DNA of 23,167 nucleotides from Vezdaea acicularis (Eukaryota): NCBI GenBank assembly GCA_026025075.1, contig JAPEUI010000077.1, positions 62,001 to 85,167 of the forward strand, read 5' to 3'. Shown piece by piece: positions 22,607 to 23,167 of this stretch (position 1 is its first letter; each line of letters starts with the position of its first letter). The notes under the pieces were generated by a model. It saw only the letters and a program-made list of their open reading frames with translations, ran no database searches and was not told where the DNA came from. The position numbers and the translations under genes were made by a program.

Positions 22607-23035
22607 TCGAAGCGGTGGACAAAAATTGATGGCGCATTAGCGAATAGTGGGGTATGTTCACCCATCGACATGCGTTACTTTCAGCAGTTCTGAGATCGTT
22701 GGCAATCGATGATAAATATTCTTAGTATCAGCTCACTAGTACTACTCCTTGCTCTTGTTGGATTATTATACTCCAGGTTGTATCTACGGCCTGACAGGGC
22801 CGTTATGTGCTTTCGAGGTGAAGCTTTTGGTATGGGGGAACTCCTGTTCAATGCGCCATCAATTTTGTCCCGGACTGTCTTGTACCTTCAAGTGTGAAGC
22901 ATTTAGCTATGGGGGATCTCCCGTTTGATGCGCCCTCAATTTTGTCCGGGACAGTCTTGTGCCTTCGAGTATGAAGCTTTTAGGTATGGGGGAAACCCCC
23001 CTTTAATGGGCCATCAATTTTGCCCACCACTTCGC
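22607..23035 (+). mobile_element. Non-coding inverted-repeat element, copy 2 (expanded by internal triplication)
   Basis: Left arm TCGAAGCGGTGGACAAAAATTGATGGCGCAT (22607-22637); right arm ATGGGCCATCAATTTTGCCCACCACTTCGC (23006-23035). The interior matches the reverse complement of 4121-4397, e.g. CAGCAGTTCTGAGATCGTTGGCAATCGATGATAAAT vs CAGCAGTTCCGAGATCGTCGGTAATCGATGATAAAT. Confidence 0.7.
22797..23030 (+). repeat. Three diverged tandem copies of a ~77-bp unit
   Basis: TGTGCTTTCGAG..GAAGC..TATGGGGGA..ATGCGCCATCAATTTTG recurs, with ATGCGCC/ATGGGCC at 22851, 22928 and 23006. Confidence 0.9.
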
Positions 23036-23167
23036 ATGTAGATGCGCTGGGTCGGTACGTGGGGTGGAAGTTCGTGTGCTGGGTAAGGACTTGGCAACAC
23101 GAGAGAGAGGGGAGGCGGGGGAGGGCAATATGCGTAAGAGGCGTGTGCACTTTTCGCAGATTGGCAT

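Noticed and set aside
22709..22897. Hydrophobic 62-aa ORF resembling a secreted/membrane peptide
   Set aside because: It lies inside the repeat element, and the frame is broken by indels in the homologous copy at 4121-4397.
22797..23035. CRISPR-like array
   Set aside because: The context is eukaryotic, the units are homologous over their whole length with no unique spacers, and there are no cas genes.

Overview
This is intron-rich eukaryotic DNA, almost certainly from a filamentous ascomycete (short GT-AG introns, several with CTRAY-like branch sites). It looks like an accessory, allorecognition/defence-type gene island. Left to right it contains: (1) a multi-exon chimeric gene with a Sin3-derived PAH2 segment, a 156-bp internal duplication, exactly one 126-bp NLR-type TPR unit and a membrane-anchored C-terminus; (2) an OTT_1508-like zinc deaminase; (3) a coiled-coil gene with a probable premature stop; (4) a probable gene relic; (5) a DUF6601-type membrane protein; (6) a SesB-like hydrolase-NACHT protein whose C-terminus is a multi-TM region rather than repeats; (7) a SesB-like hydrolase-NB-ARC-TPR NLR with about 9.5 highly conserved 126-bp repeats. 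The most unexpected non-coding signal is an element of about 280 bp bounded by 30-bp inverted repeats. It occurs twice (4121-4397 on -, 22607-23035 on +), 18 kb apart and in inverted orientation. Each copy lies just downstream of, and co-oriented with, a defence-type gene. Its internal hairpins appear to be preserved by G-U/compensatory changes, and the second copy has a triplicated ~77-bp subunit. Gene models were spliced by eye and no database searches were run.
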